Notes under the pieces: generated by a model
The model's input: only the letters and a program-made list of their open reading frames with translations
What the model was told of the DNA's origin: nothing
The model's database searches: none
Program-made: the position numbers and the translations under genes
Assembly: GCA_045564655.1 (NCBI GenBank)
Contig: JBJLGX010000022.1
Coordinates: forward strand, 9,274-73,273
Reading direction: 5' to 3'
Source of the DNA: Dehalococcoidia bacterium
GTDB taxonomy: Bacteria; Chloroflexota; Dehalococcoidia; Lucifugimonadales; UBA826
Length of the DNA stretch: 64,000 nt
Part shown: in pieces, positions 27,803 through 36,431 of the stretch
How positions within the stretch are numbered: the first letter of the stretch is position 1
Layout: each line of letters opens with the position of its first letter

Positions 27803-28885
27803 TTATGAAGATAATTTTTCGACCATCTTCATATCTAATTCAACTCCTAATCCTGGCTTATTTGGTATCTCCATGAATCCATTTTTTATATTGAGAGGTT
27901 CTTTTAATATAGGGTAATCATCTCTTATTGATATATGCTCTATATTGTATTCTTGTTCATAGACAGCTATTTCAGTTGCGGCTACAAAATGTGCATGTGC
28001 GACTGTGCTTAAGATAGGCTGAGTATTATGGCAGGTGATAGGAATTTCATACGCTTCTGCTATGCTAGCTATTTTTATTAAGGTAGTAAATCCAGGCGAT
28101 TTAACTATATCGGGCTGAATTATGTCTACTTTTCCTTTTGTAATAAGATCTTTGTACTCATAAGGCGTATATATGTTTTCTCCAGATGCTATAGGGATAT
28201 CTAAATTATCAGCAACATGTGCTAATCCTTCTAAGTCATAATGTGGTCTAGGTTCTTCAAAATGGAACACGCCCAATTGCTCTAATTGTTTCCCGATTTC
28301 GATACTGTGATGCCTAGAGTAAGCTCCGTTAACGTCAACGAGTATATCCATATCGTCACCTATGGCCTTTCGTACTTCAGTGACAGTTTTTATTGTTTGG
28401 TCTGCAGGATCATCAATTTTTCCTGGAATTGCACTGTGAAGTTTATATCCCCGATATCCTTTTTGTATAAAAGAATATGCCCTTTGAGCTTCTTCTTTAG
28501 GTGTCATGCCACGTTTCATAGAGCTTGCATAAACGGGCATTTTTTCGCGTACTTTCCCTCCGAGTAAGTCATATATAGGTAGCCCTAATGCCTTTCCCTT
28601 TATGTCCCATAGGGCTATATCTAAAGCGGCAATTCCTATCCAAACAGCTCCACCCATTTCTGTTAGGGAGTTTCCCGCTACCGTCATGTCATGAAATCTC
28701 ATGTTTGTATCAGTAGGGTTTTTGCCTATAATGGCAGGTGCCAAAATTTCGTCGATTAGGGTTTTTGTTATTACAGGTTGCCTTCTAAAACATTCACCTA
28801 TGCCCGTTATTCCTTCATCGGTTTCCACGAAGACATATGGAAATTCTTTATCTAATATTAAACATTTAACAGATGTTATTTTCAT
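27803..28885 (-). CDS. Enolase superfamily (mandelate racemase / muconate lactonizing enzyme family)
   Basis: MKITSVK...ETDEGITGIGE capping domain. Barrel metal ligands in VDVNGAY, FEEP and ASGENIY. Confidence 0.88.
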   Translation of the reverse strand: MKITSVKCLILDKEFPYVFVETDEGITGIGECFRRQPVITKTLIDEILAPAIIGKNPTDTNMRFHDMTVAGNSLTEMGGAVWIGIAALDIALWDIKGKALGLPIYDLLGGKVREKMPVYASSMKRGMTPKEEAQRAYSFIQKGYRGYKLHSAIPGKIDDPADQTIKTVTEVRKAIGDDMDILVDVNGAYSRHHSIEIGKQLEQLGVFHFEEPRPHYDLEGLAHVADNLDIPIASGENIYTPYEYKDLITKGKVDIIQPDIVKSPGFTTLIKIASIAEAYEIPITCHNTQPILSTVAHAHFVAATEIAVYEQEYNIEHISIRDDYPILKEPLNIKNGFMEIPNKPGLGVELDMKMVEKLSS

Positions 28886-28974
28886 GTGACCTCCGGCCCA
28901 TACCGCGATAAATAACGTGTAGAATACAATTGTACTTGCTAGACTGAAGCAATACTAGTCATGGGATAAAAAGC

Positions 28975-29019
28975 ATACCCATAATGCATATATGTATATA
29001 TAAAATGCATTATGGGTAT
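28975..29019. promoter_or_regulatory. Perfect 15-bp inverted repeat (candidate operator)
   Basis: ATACCCATAATGCAT (28975-28989), a 15-nt spacer, then ATGCATTATGGGTAT (29005-29019). A third half-site, ATAATGCATATAT, is at 29032-29044. Confidence 0.6.
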
Positions 29020-29078
29020 ATATGAACAACTATAATGCATATATATTTGCCTATATATGTTGTAAAAGAGGTAATATT

Positions 29079-29525
29079 GTGAAATTTGTAATGATTTTTG
29101 GGCCTATCTTGATAACCTTATCAATATTATTTGTTGGTTATTCGGATTACATAATTGATGGGCAAAAATTTTCTGAAGGAGAGGCCATTGCAATGGTAAA
29201 AGAAAAACTTGTTCTAGATAGAGACAGTAACTATACGCGAGAAATATGCAACCATGTCCTTATTGAAATTAATAATGATTTATACAATGATGGAGAAGGG
29301 TTGAAAGAAAGATATCTTGGTAGTGGAGTTTGGGAAGTTTCTTTTGGTGAGGGTCCGGTAACTCCTGTTTACGGGGGGCTGTCGTACAGTTCTTTGGGAT
29401 ATAGAAATATTACATATTTATGGTTAGTTTATGAGACTTCTTTAACGGTTGAATCAAAAGGTACTCACGAATATGATGCTGACTTGAACGGTGAATGGAA
29501 TCAAGCAGTTAGGTTTAAATGTTGA
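29079..29525 (+). CDS. Hypothetical membrane-anchored protein
   Basis: I prefer the GTG at 29079 (7 nt after AAAGAGG) over the ATG at 29022, which lies in the operator region. There is one N-terminal TM segment (FVMIFGPILITLSILFVGY). Confidence 0.5.
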   Translation: MKFVMIFGPILITLSILFVGYSDYIIDGQKFSEGEAIAMVKEKLVLDRDSNYTREICNHVLIEINNDLYNDGEGLKERYLGSGVWEVSFGEGPVTPVYGGLSYSSLGYRNITYLWLVYETSLTVESKGTHEYDADLNGEWNQAVRFKC

Positions 29526-29548
29526 TTGATTAAAATAAGAGGTTTTTA

Positions 29549-29968
29549 ATGTTTTGTTCACAATGTGGCGTTGACAACAATGATTCTGCTAGTTTTTGTA
29601 AAACCTGTGGCATATCTTTGGCTTCTCATAGAATTTCATTTTCTGATGCTATTTCTTTAGCATTTAAAAATTATGTGAATTTTAGTGGCAGGGCAACTCG
29701 AGCTGAATTTTGGTGGTTTTTTCTATTCACTACCCTTTTGTCACTTGTTACCCAGGTTATAGATACGGTTTCATCAATAGGGATTTTGAATTTAATTTCC
29801 TCTCTAGTTGTTTTTGTGCCATCTCTATCTGTGGGAGTTAGAAGGCTTCATGATATAAATAAATCAGGATGGTGGTTATTACTGTGGTTTGCAATAATTA
29901 TTGGCTGGATTGTGTTATTAATCTGGCATGTGCGACCTAGCGACAAGGGGGTTAACCAATACGGGTGA
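29549..29968 (+). CDS. Zinc-ribbon plus DUF805 membrane protein
   Basis: N-terminal CSQCG-x11-CKTCG, then the DUF805 pattern FSGRATRAEFWWFFLF...RRLHDINKSGWW. Confidence 0.8.
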   Translation: MFCSQCGVDNNDSASFCKTCGISLASHRISFSDAISLAFKNYVNFSGRATRAEFWWFFLFTTLLSLVTQVIDTVSSIGILNLISSLVVFVPSLSVGVRRLHDINKSGWWLLLWFAIIIGWIVLLIWHVRPSDKGVNQYG

Positions 29969-29996
29969 TTTAACCCAATGTTTTAGTATTGCAATA

Positions 29997-30146
29997 TCAC
30001 TTTAGGTAATTGCGAATGAAATAAATGAAAATTCCAAGACCAACACCAGATAATATGATTTCAGGGTTATTTGTTAATATGCCACCAGTTATTAATCCAA
30101 CTGATATTGCAAAGGTACCTACTAGTGTAAACCATCCTTTAGTCAT
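29997..30146 (-). CDS. Possible 49-aa two-TM micro-protein
   Basis: MTKGWFTLVGTFAISVGLITGGILTNNPEIILSGVGLGIFIYFIRNYLK. The ATG is 5 nt after the stop of the SDR gene. It is not in the ORF track (<60 aa), and no clear RBS is seen. Confidence 0.3.
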   Translation of the reverse strand: MTKGWFTLVGTFAISVGLITGGILTNNPEIILSGVGLGIFIYFIRNYLK

Positions 30147-30151
30147 TAAAT

Positions 30152-30934
30152 TTAACCTTTCGCATATCTAGAAGGATTGTCTCCCTCGAATTGCCACAAT
30201 GGTCGTGCACCTATGTCTACTCCTCCGTCTACGGCAAGATTTTGACCTGTAACCCAAGCTGACTCATCTGATGCGAAAAATAATGACGCATAAGCAATAT
30301 CGTTTGGGAAACCTGTTCTATGCAAGGTTGGCTCAGCGGTTGGGACTGAATCTTCAACTAGGTCTCCTCTAAATAGTCCTGCATAAATACAATTAACTCT
30401 AATATTATCGGAATATATTTCTTTCGCTAAGTGATTAGACAACCCGATAACGCCACTTTTAGCAGCACCATATGCGGAATTCCCTTCCTGACGGACACTA
30501 TCACTTGCCGCTACTGTAATAATTGATCCCCCTCCATTATCTTTCATTACAGGTCTGATAGCCTGATAGATATTGTAGAAACTGTTCATTGTTACGGAGA
30601 TAGTTTCGTTCCAATATTCCTCTTCAATACTTTCAGCTTTTTTACTAGGGTCAAAGTTTCCTCCCGCTGCTGAATAAAGTATGTCAATTTTCCCTAATTG
30701 GCCGACTATCTTTTTTACAACTTCATTAACGGCAGGTTTATTTGTTAGATCACATGTAAAAACTAAACATGTTCCACCAAAAGATTCTATTCTGCGAGCA
30801 GTTTCATTTAAATGGTCATCAGAACGAGCAATAATTGCGACTTTAGCTCCTTCCTGTGCAAAAAGCATAGCTGTTGCTCTTCCCATCCTTACGCCGGCAC
30901 CTGCCAAAACAGCAACTTTATCCTTTAGTCTCAT
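30152..30934 (-). CDS. Short-chain dehydrogenase/reductase
   Basis: GAGVRMGRA glycine loop and YGAAKSG (YxxxK). Confidence 0.88.
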   Translation of the reverse strand: MRLKDKVAVLAGAGVRMGRATAMLFAQEGAKVAIIARSDDHLNETARRIESFGGTCLVFTCDLTNKPAVNEVVKKIVGQLGKIDILYSAAGGNFDPSKKAESIEEEYWNETISVTMNSFYNIYQAIRPVMKDNGGGSIITVAASDSVRQEGNSAYGAAKSGVIGLSNHLAKEIYSDNIRVNCIYAGLFRGDLVEDSVPTAEPTLHRTGFPNDIAYASLFFASDESAWVTGQNLAVDGGVDIGARPLWQFEGDNPSRYAKG

Positions 30935-30967
30935 TTGAGTTCCTTTTAGGTTATTTGTTTAGAAAAA

Positions 30968-31426
30968 TTAAGATATTGGACTGGCTAAGAAAAGAGGTAC
31001 TAATCTTTCAAGTTTGCTTTGGTATTCATCATAAAGAGGTTGAACCGCAGCACCAAGAGACCATAACCTATCCCTTTCAGGTGATTCAGGCATTTCTGTT
31101 GCTATCATTTTAAACACTTGGGTTTTATCTCTTATTTCAACTGTTGGATTAGCTTTGAGGTTGTGATACCACGCCGGATGGTTGGGGTTGCCGCCATAAG
31201 TAGCAATTAAAATGTAATTATCACCATCTGCAACTCTTATTAAAGGTGTTTTTCGAATAGCTCCAGTCTTTAATCCAGTATGAGTTACTATAATTACAGG
31301 TAGACCAGTATCACGTAATGGGTCTCCCTCTACTTTATAGGTAATACCCTCAAGTCCCCCACTACTTTCATAAAGCTCAACTTGATCTGCAACCCATTTT
31401 CTTGAACTAGGTATATATTCAGTCAT
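30968..31426 (-). CDS. DUF385 / Ddn-like deazaflavin-dependent nitroreductase family protein
   Basis: GLKTGAIRKTPL...DGDNYILIATYGGNPNHPAWYHNLKANP matches the F420H2-dependent reductase family pattern. Confidence 0.8.
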   Translation of the reverse strand: MTEYIPSSRKWVADQVELYESSGGLEGITYKVEGDPLRDTGLPVIIVTHTGLKTGAIRKTPLIRVADGDNYILIATYGGNPNHPAWYHNLKANPTVEIRDKTQVFKMIATEMPESPERDRLWSLGAAVQPLYDEYQSKLERLVPLFLASPIS

Positions 31427-31438
31427 TATGTGTCACCT

Positions 31439-31909
31439 TTAATTAGATACAGGGCTAGATAAGAAAATTGGTAATAATCGGTCAGTCCTACCTTGGTAAA
31501 CCTCGAATGGAGGGTAAGTAGCTACTGCTAAATCCCATAATCTAGACCTCTCAGCAGATTCAGGGATTTCAGTTAAAATCACATCAAACACTTCAGTTTT
31601 ATCTCTTAGTTGAACTCTTGGATTAGCTTTAAAATTATGATACCAAACGGGATGCTTAGGTTTCCCTCCTTGCGAAGCGACTAAAATATAATTATCACCA
31701 TCTACAACTCTCATTAAAGGGTTTTTTCTAATAGCTCCTGTCTTTCCTCCAATACTAGTTATTAAAACTACAGGCATTCCTGTATCCCATGACATACCTG
31801 TAATTTGGCCTGTATCCCATAAAGTAGTACCCTCAAGTCCCCCGCTACTTTCATAAAGCTCAACTTGATCTGCAACCCATTTGATTGGACTAGGTATATA
31901 TTCGGCCAT
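31439..31909 (-). CDS. DUF385 / Ddn-like family protein, tandem paralogue
   Basis: GKTGAIRKNPL...DGDNYILVASQGGKPKHPVWYHNFKANP. The start is set at MAEYIPS, matching the paralogue's MTEYIPS. Confidence 0.8.
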   Translation of the reverse strand: MAEYIPSPIKWVADQVELYESSGGLEGTTLWDTGQITGMSWDTGMPVVLITSIGGKTGAIRKNPLMRVVDGDNYILVASQGGKPKHPVWYHNFKANPRVQLRDKTEVFDVILTEIPESAERSRLWDLAVATYPPFEVYQGRTDRLLPIFLSSPVSN

Positions 31910-31938
31910 TATTACCACCTTTGAAAAAATTTAAATTG

Positions 31939-32952
31939 TTATTGAATTGGATCAAAAATCTGTACGCGATGTCTATTAGTTTCTAGAGCGTATACCCTTG
32001 AATCTTCATCAACTTCTACTGCAGTAAGGCCCCAAAAATATTTGTCACTATAGGAAGAAATAGTATGAGGTGAACTGTTTTTAGGTATATCTAAATTGTA
32101 TTCTAGATCTGACGATTTTCTGGGATATGCTTCATCTGGATTGACATCTAGAAACTCTTGTCCCCATTGAGACATAGTAGCTTGTCCTCTAGTTGAAAAT
32201 ATTGGTTCACCTTCTGGTGACAATACTTGAAGGGTTTCGTTTCCAGAATCAGCAACGTATATAGTTCCATTTTTATCTACAGCTACTCCAGATGGGTTCT
32301 TAAGTATACCGTTTCCATTCATTTCAGAAATTAAGTTTCCGTTTGTTGAAAATTTCAATATTCTATTATTTCCCCAATCTGCTACGTAAATATTTCCCTG
32401 ATTGTCTAGATTGATTCCCCAAGGTAAATTAAATAATTTTGAGTCACCAAAGGAAAAATTATAATTTCCAAATTTGTCGTATTGCTGTATTCGATTATTT
32501 TTGTGGTCGACAACCCACAAATTATCATTTTGATCAAATCTGATTCCAGAAGGTCCGGAAAACTCTCCATCACCAGTTCCGTATTTTCCCCATTTATATT
32601 GAAAATTCCCTTCAGGATCAAATACAGTTATTGTATTTTTATATTCGCAACTTACGTATATCATCCCTTCAGAATCTAAGGCTACAGATGTGGCCCAAAT
32701 AAACTGTCCGTCCTTTTCGCCAAAGTGACCTGCAACACCGTGAAAACCATCATCAAGGTCACAAATTACAACTCTCACTGATTCGGGCTCTCCATAAGAA
32801 TCAACTTCATGAGATCTATTTAACACGTACATTTTTTTGTTGGAACCTATAGCTAAATCTCGTGGATAAAAAAAACCTCGACCTCTTTTGCCGGAAAAGC
32901 CAATGGTTTTTTTATATTTTAAGGAAAAGTTTTTTGATTTTGCAGTTATCAT
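31939..32952 (-). CDS. NHL-repeat beta-propeller protein
   Basis: Repeats SGPSGIRFDQNDNLWVVDHKNNRIQQY, LPWGINLDNQGNIYVADWGNNRILKF and NPSGVAVDKNGTIYVAD. Confidence 0.8.
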   Translation of the reverse strand: MITAKSKNFSLKYKKTIGFSGKRGRGFFYPRDLAIGSNKKMYVLNRSHEVDSYGEPESVRVVICDLDDGFHGVAGHFGEKDGQFIWATSVALDSEGMIYVSCEYKNTITVFDPEGNFQYKWGKYGTGDGEFSGPSGIRFDQNDNLWVVDHKNNRIQQYDKFGNYNFSFGDSKLFNLPWGINLDNQGNIYVADWGNNRILKFSTNGNLISEMNGNGILKNPSGVAVDKNGTIYVADSGNETLQVLSPEGEPIFSTRGQATMSQWGQEFLDVNPDEAYPRKSSDLEYNLDIPKNSSPHTISSYSDKYFWGLTAVEVDEDSRVYALETNRHRVQIFDPIQ

Positions 32953-32967
32953 ATTATTATCCCATTA

Positions 32968-34401
32968 CTAGCATAGTTGATATTCACGAGTAGTTGTTAT
33001 TAATTGCATCATAGCTTTAGCATAATTTGTAGGTCCCAATGATCCTTCAGATTTATGTTCCCTAGCAAATGAAATTAATGTTTTTTTAGTTTCATCTCCA
33101 ATTTCTATAGAACCTAATGTTTCCATACAAGAATCTATAAAATCTAAAGGGTCTTCATCATATTTTGCTACAAGACTATCTATAATTTTTTTAACTCCTG
33201 GAGATTCTGTGTTCCCAAATTGTTCAGAACAGAAGTTGATTCTTTCTACAAGTGTTCCTGTATCAGACCATTCTAGTCCACCGTGCCAACCTTCCACTGT
33301 TGGGGGGTTATAAATATGCTGACCCATATTAACCATTGCCAAAAATATATTTCTTGCATCGAGTCTGGGGCCGTTTCCAAATTTGTCTGTCAGGCGCGTC
33401 ACACTAATAACTAATTCGGATGGACTTTTCACTTTTTTATAAAAATTTGATCTGTCTTTAAACTCTTCTGACAAAAATAGAGCTCTGAGCATTTCTTTTA
33501 TGTTGTAGTCAGTTTCAAAGTAAACTTTTTTCAGTTTTTCTATAAGTTTTGGGTTATTTGGTTTTACGTATGGCCATTGAGTTACGGGTACCTCATCGGC
33601 AAGAAAGAAATTACAGATATGTCTTGATATGAAAGTTGCAGTTGCCTCTTGTTTGCAAATAATTCTCACAATGTCTTCACCTGTAAAGTTGCCAGTTTCC
33701 CCTAAAAATGTTTTTTCACCATTGTCATGATCTTCAGGTAAATACTGAAATTGCCAGGCATATCTTCCATATGGTTGAAATGAACACTTTGAAGCTTGCG
33801 CGTCTATATAATCACCGTTCACAACGGTCCATCCTGTAAATGCTCGAGCGCATTCTTTTACATCGGTTTCAGTGTAATTGCCTACTCCCATAGAAAATAA
33901 TTCTAATAATTCACGTCCATAGTTTTCATTAATTTCATCTTTGTGGTTGGTCCAATTGTCTAGCCAATAGATCATTGCAGGGTCTTTTGATAAAGATATT
34001 AATAGGTTATCAAAAGAATTTAAACCATTGTCCCTGAACATAGATATTTGTCGTTTCATAGGAATTGCACCGGATAATTTTGTGACACTAGTTGCAAAAA
34101 TTGTGTGCCAAAACAATGCAATTTTTTCACTTAGCGGAGCATTTGTAGAAACCATTCTATAGATCCATTCTGTTGGACCACCATATGGGCCCATGGTTGC
34201 AGAAGTTTCTGTATGGTATCTCATGATAAGTGAGTCTGGCATTCGGGTGACATCAGTAGGCGTTAATAGTTCTTCTACTGTTTTTTCATATCCAACAGAT
34301 TCGTAATGATTTAATTCTTCTAAAGTGGATCCGAAACCAGCTCTTCTTAGTAAATGCGCAATTTGGTATTTTGATTCTGTTACTTTCTTCTTAGTTACCA
34401 T
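32968..34401 (-). CDS. DUF1800 family protein (paralogue of 23820-25223)
   Basis: HLLRRAGFG, LFWHTIF, DPAMIYWLDN, NENYGRELLELFSMGVGNY and ARAFTGW. Confidence 0.85.
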   Translation of the reverse strand: MVTKKKVTESKYQIAHLLRRAGFGSTLEELNHYESVGYEKTVEELLTPTDVTRMPDSLIMRYHTETSATMGPYGGPTEWIYRMVSTNAPLSEKIALFWHTIFATSVTKLSGAIPMKRQISMFRDNGLNSFDNLLISLSKDPAMIYWLDNWTNHKDEINENYGRELLELFSMGVGNYTETDVKECARAFTGWTVVNGDYIDAQASKCSFQPYGRYAWQFQYLPEDHDNGEKTFLGETGNFTGEDIVRIICKQEATATFISRHICNFFLADEVPVTQWPYVKPNNPKLIEKLKKVYFETDYNIKEMLRALFLSEEFKDRSNFYKKVKSPSELVISVTRLTDKFGNGPRLDARNIFLAMVNMGQHIYNPPTVEGWHGGLEWSDTGTLVERINFCSEQFGNTESPGVKKIIDSLVAKYDEDPLDFIDSCMETLGSIEIGDETKKTLISFAREHKSEGSLGPTNYAKAMMQLITTTREYQLC

Positions 34402-34516
34402 TAATAGTTACCCCTTGAAGCATCATGCTCTTTGATTATATGGCATCAGTCAAATTTCAAGAAACCTAAAAAAACTAACTGTTTATTCCTATAAATGTGT
34501 AGTTTAAATAACACAC

Positions 34517-34545
34517 TTGTATTTTATTACAAACATGTGTATTAT
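34517..34545 (+). promoter_or_regulatory. Promoter-like element TTGTAT-17-TATTAT embedded in an imperfect palindrome
   Basis: TTGTAT at 34517-34522 and TATTAT at 34540-34545, overlapped by ACACACTTGT-n8-ACAAACATGTGT (34511-34540). Confidence 0.4.
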
Positions 34546-34584
34546 ACTTAGCGTAATGCAATTTATTAAGTAGGAGGTTGTGAT

Positions 34585-34731
34585 ATGTACAACAAAAATA
34601 CATGCTACAGATGTGGTGGAAACTACGTTGAAGTTATAGAAATAGGTGCGGTTTTAATCAAATGTATTATGTGCGGTCGCGCCCCTTCATCAGTTATTAA
34701 AACATCTAAGCAAAAATCTAAAGCAGCTTAG
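34585..34731 (+). CDS. 48-aa zinc-ribbon micro-protein (CYRC-x16-CIMC, basic tail ending in AA)
   Basis: AGGAGG lies 7 nt before the ATG. Translation: MYNKNTCYRCGGNYVEVIEIGAVLIKCIMCGRAPSSVIKTSKQKSKAA. The stop is 13 nt before the next gene. Not in the ORF track. Confidence 0.5.
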   Translation: MYNKNTCYRCGGNYVEVIEIGAVLIKCIMCGRAPSSVIKTSKQKSKAA

Positions 34732-34744
34732 GAAAGGAGAAATT

Positions 34745-34954
34745 ATGAGTAAAGAAACAAAACTTAGTTCTTGGATAGAGATGGCCGAAGGCCTATACGA
34801 ATTTTTAAATCGGAGAAACACAACAATCCATTATGATTTTAAAGATCTTGATGTATTTGTTCCTCAAACAACAGGAGAAGATTCTGCTAGGGCAAAATGG
34901 ACAGTTAACGGAACTGTCAGTTTAAGTACGTCTGAGAAACCTCAAGGTAGCTAA
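34745..34954 (+). CDS. Hypothetical 69-aa protein
   Basis: AAGGAG RBS 6 nt upstream. No family recognised. Confidence 0.6.
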   Translation: MSKETKLSSWIEMAEGLYEFLNRRNTTIHYDFKDLDVFVPQTTGEDSARAKWTVNGTVSLSTSEKPQGS

Positions 34955-34959
34955 GGTTT

Positions 34960-35316
34960 ATGAATAACCAGAAGTACAATCTGACTGCTAGTGGATTAGT
35001 AAGTGTCAAATCAGACGATATGGAATGTGAGATCAAATTCGAATCAAATCGTGTTGTGCTGAATATAATTAGTATCAATTCAAAAAACTTACGGTCTTTT
35101 TTTAAGTTATCAGATTTGAAGAAAATAGTAATTGATATTTCAGATAAGTTAGCTTATTTAAAATTTAACTTAACAGTTAGATTTAAAAATTCAGATTTAG
35201 CCATTTTGGGATTAGATGCTAAACCAAATATGTTGCAAAAAATAATAGTATCAAAAAATATCGAAGTAAAAGATATTAAAAGTTTCGTAAAATTACTGGG
35301 AGGTAAATCAAAATGA
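34960..35316 (+). CDS. Hypothetical 118-aa protein
   Basis: 5-nt gap to the upstream gene and an ATGA overlap with the downstream gene. No family recognised. Confidence 0.6.
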   Translation: MNNQKYNLTASGLVSVKSDDMECEIKFESNRVVLNIISINSKNLRSFFKLSDLKKIVIDISDKLAYLKFNLTVRFKNSDLAILGLDAKPNMLQKIIVSKNIEVKDIKSFVKLLGGKSK

Positions 35317-36419
35317 CTTTTAAGTGGCAATTAAATAAGACCACTTCAGACGAAAATGCAAGTAATGTCAGACAACTTGTATTAGAAATGGATGAAGGTT
35401 TAAGAGGTAGTGGGCTACCAATAGAAGGTTTTGAATTTATTCATTCTTCTAAAAAGATGCTTGATATTACCAGGCAAATCGAGAATGATATATTGAGGTC
35501 ACAACAACCGTCGTCTTTGTATGTCGGTTTCCAATCTATAGAAAAATTAGATACTGAAATTTCTAGGTATGAAGAGCTTATAAATAATAATATAGAAGTT
35601 AAAGCATTTGGGATAGGAAAACCTAAAGACGAGCATAAACATTCTTTGAGCACATGGGTAGAGATCCCAAAATCTGTAAGCCTTGTTGAGAACCAGTGGT
35701 TTTTAGTGTCAGAATCTCCGTCACCTATAGCTTTTGTCGGCTGGGAAGTATCTGAGGAAATATTTGCAGAAGGAAAACTGTCTGATCCAGGTAAAATGTT
35801 TGAAGGGTTTGTCTCTTCGGATGAGCGAGTAATTAAATCTTTACTTCAGCATTTAGATTCAGTTTATATGACCAAATCTCAACAACCTATGGATGCAGAT
35901 GGATTGTCCTCTTTTATTGGCAGAAAAGTTGAGAAAGTGATGCTTGTTACCCATGATAAGCCTGAAAAAAACATGCCATTTGAGTATACTCAAATGATAA
36001 AAGACACCTCTGAAATTTGTGGAAAACTCGAATCAGAAGTTATTTTGTATGATTTGTCCGCAGCGTCCTTTTTCGTAGAACCTGGTGGTCACGGTGATAG
36101 TGCAGGTCAAAGATGGAAAGGTTTATTGAACAGACGGGATCTCGAATTACTTGGTAGAAATGATTTAAATAAGCAAATGGGTGTTATTGATGAAACAAAT
36201 GTAAACGCTCAAGCTTTATTGGCCGAGAAACACGGATTTGTGAGTATACATAAGGCGGCATTGGACCATAATGTTGATTTAGTCATAGTTCCTGAATATT
36301 ATGAAAACCCAAGTTTGATAGATAAAATTGTAGGGAATCAATTATCAAAATTAGATGACTATGAAGCGACCTCATTTGTTGTATATGATGTAGAAGGTAA
36401 CTTTAAACCATTTAATTAG
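35313..36419 (+). CDS. DICT-like sensory domain fused to a USP-like alpha/beta domain
   Basis: N-terminal half: LYVGFQS, SRYEEL, ENQWFLVSESP, MFEGFVSSDERV. C-terminal half: KVEKVMLVTHD...VDLVIVPEYY. The assignment is from memory of the family patterns, not from a search. Confidence 0.55.
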   Translation: MTFKWQLNKTTSDENASNVRQLVLEMDEGLRGSGLPIEGFEFIHSSKKMLDITRQIENDILRSQQPSSLYVGFQSIEKLDTEISRYEELINNNIEVKAFGIGKPKDEHKHSLSTWVEIPKSVSLVENQWFLVSESPSPIAFVGWEVSEEIFAEGKLSDPGKMFEGFVSSDERVIKSLLQHLDSVYMTKSQQPMDADGLSSFIGRKVEKVMLVTHDKPEKNMPFEYTQMIKDTSEICGKLESEVILYDLSAASFFVEPGGHGDSAGQRWKGLLNRRDLELLGRNDLNKQMGVIDETNVNAQALLAEKHGFVSIHKAALDHNVDLVIVPEYYENPSLIDKIVGNQLSKLDDYEATSFVVYDVEGNFKPFN

Positions 36420-36431
36420 AAGGTTATTTCA

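Noticed and set aside
795-34731. The C-terminal Ala-Ala on both Zn-ribbon peptides, considered as an ssrA-like degradation tag.
   Set aside because: Two residues are far too little evidence. It is noted only as a shared feature supporting paralogy.
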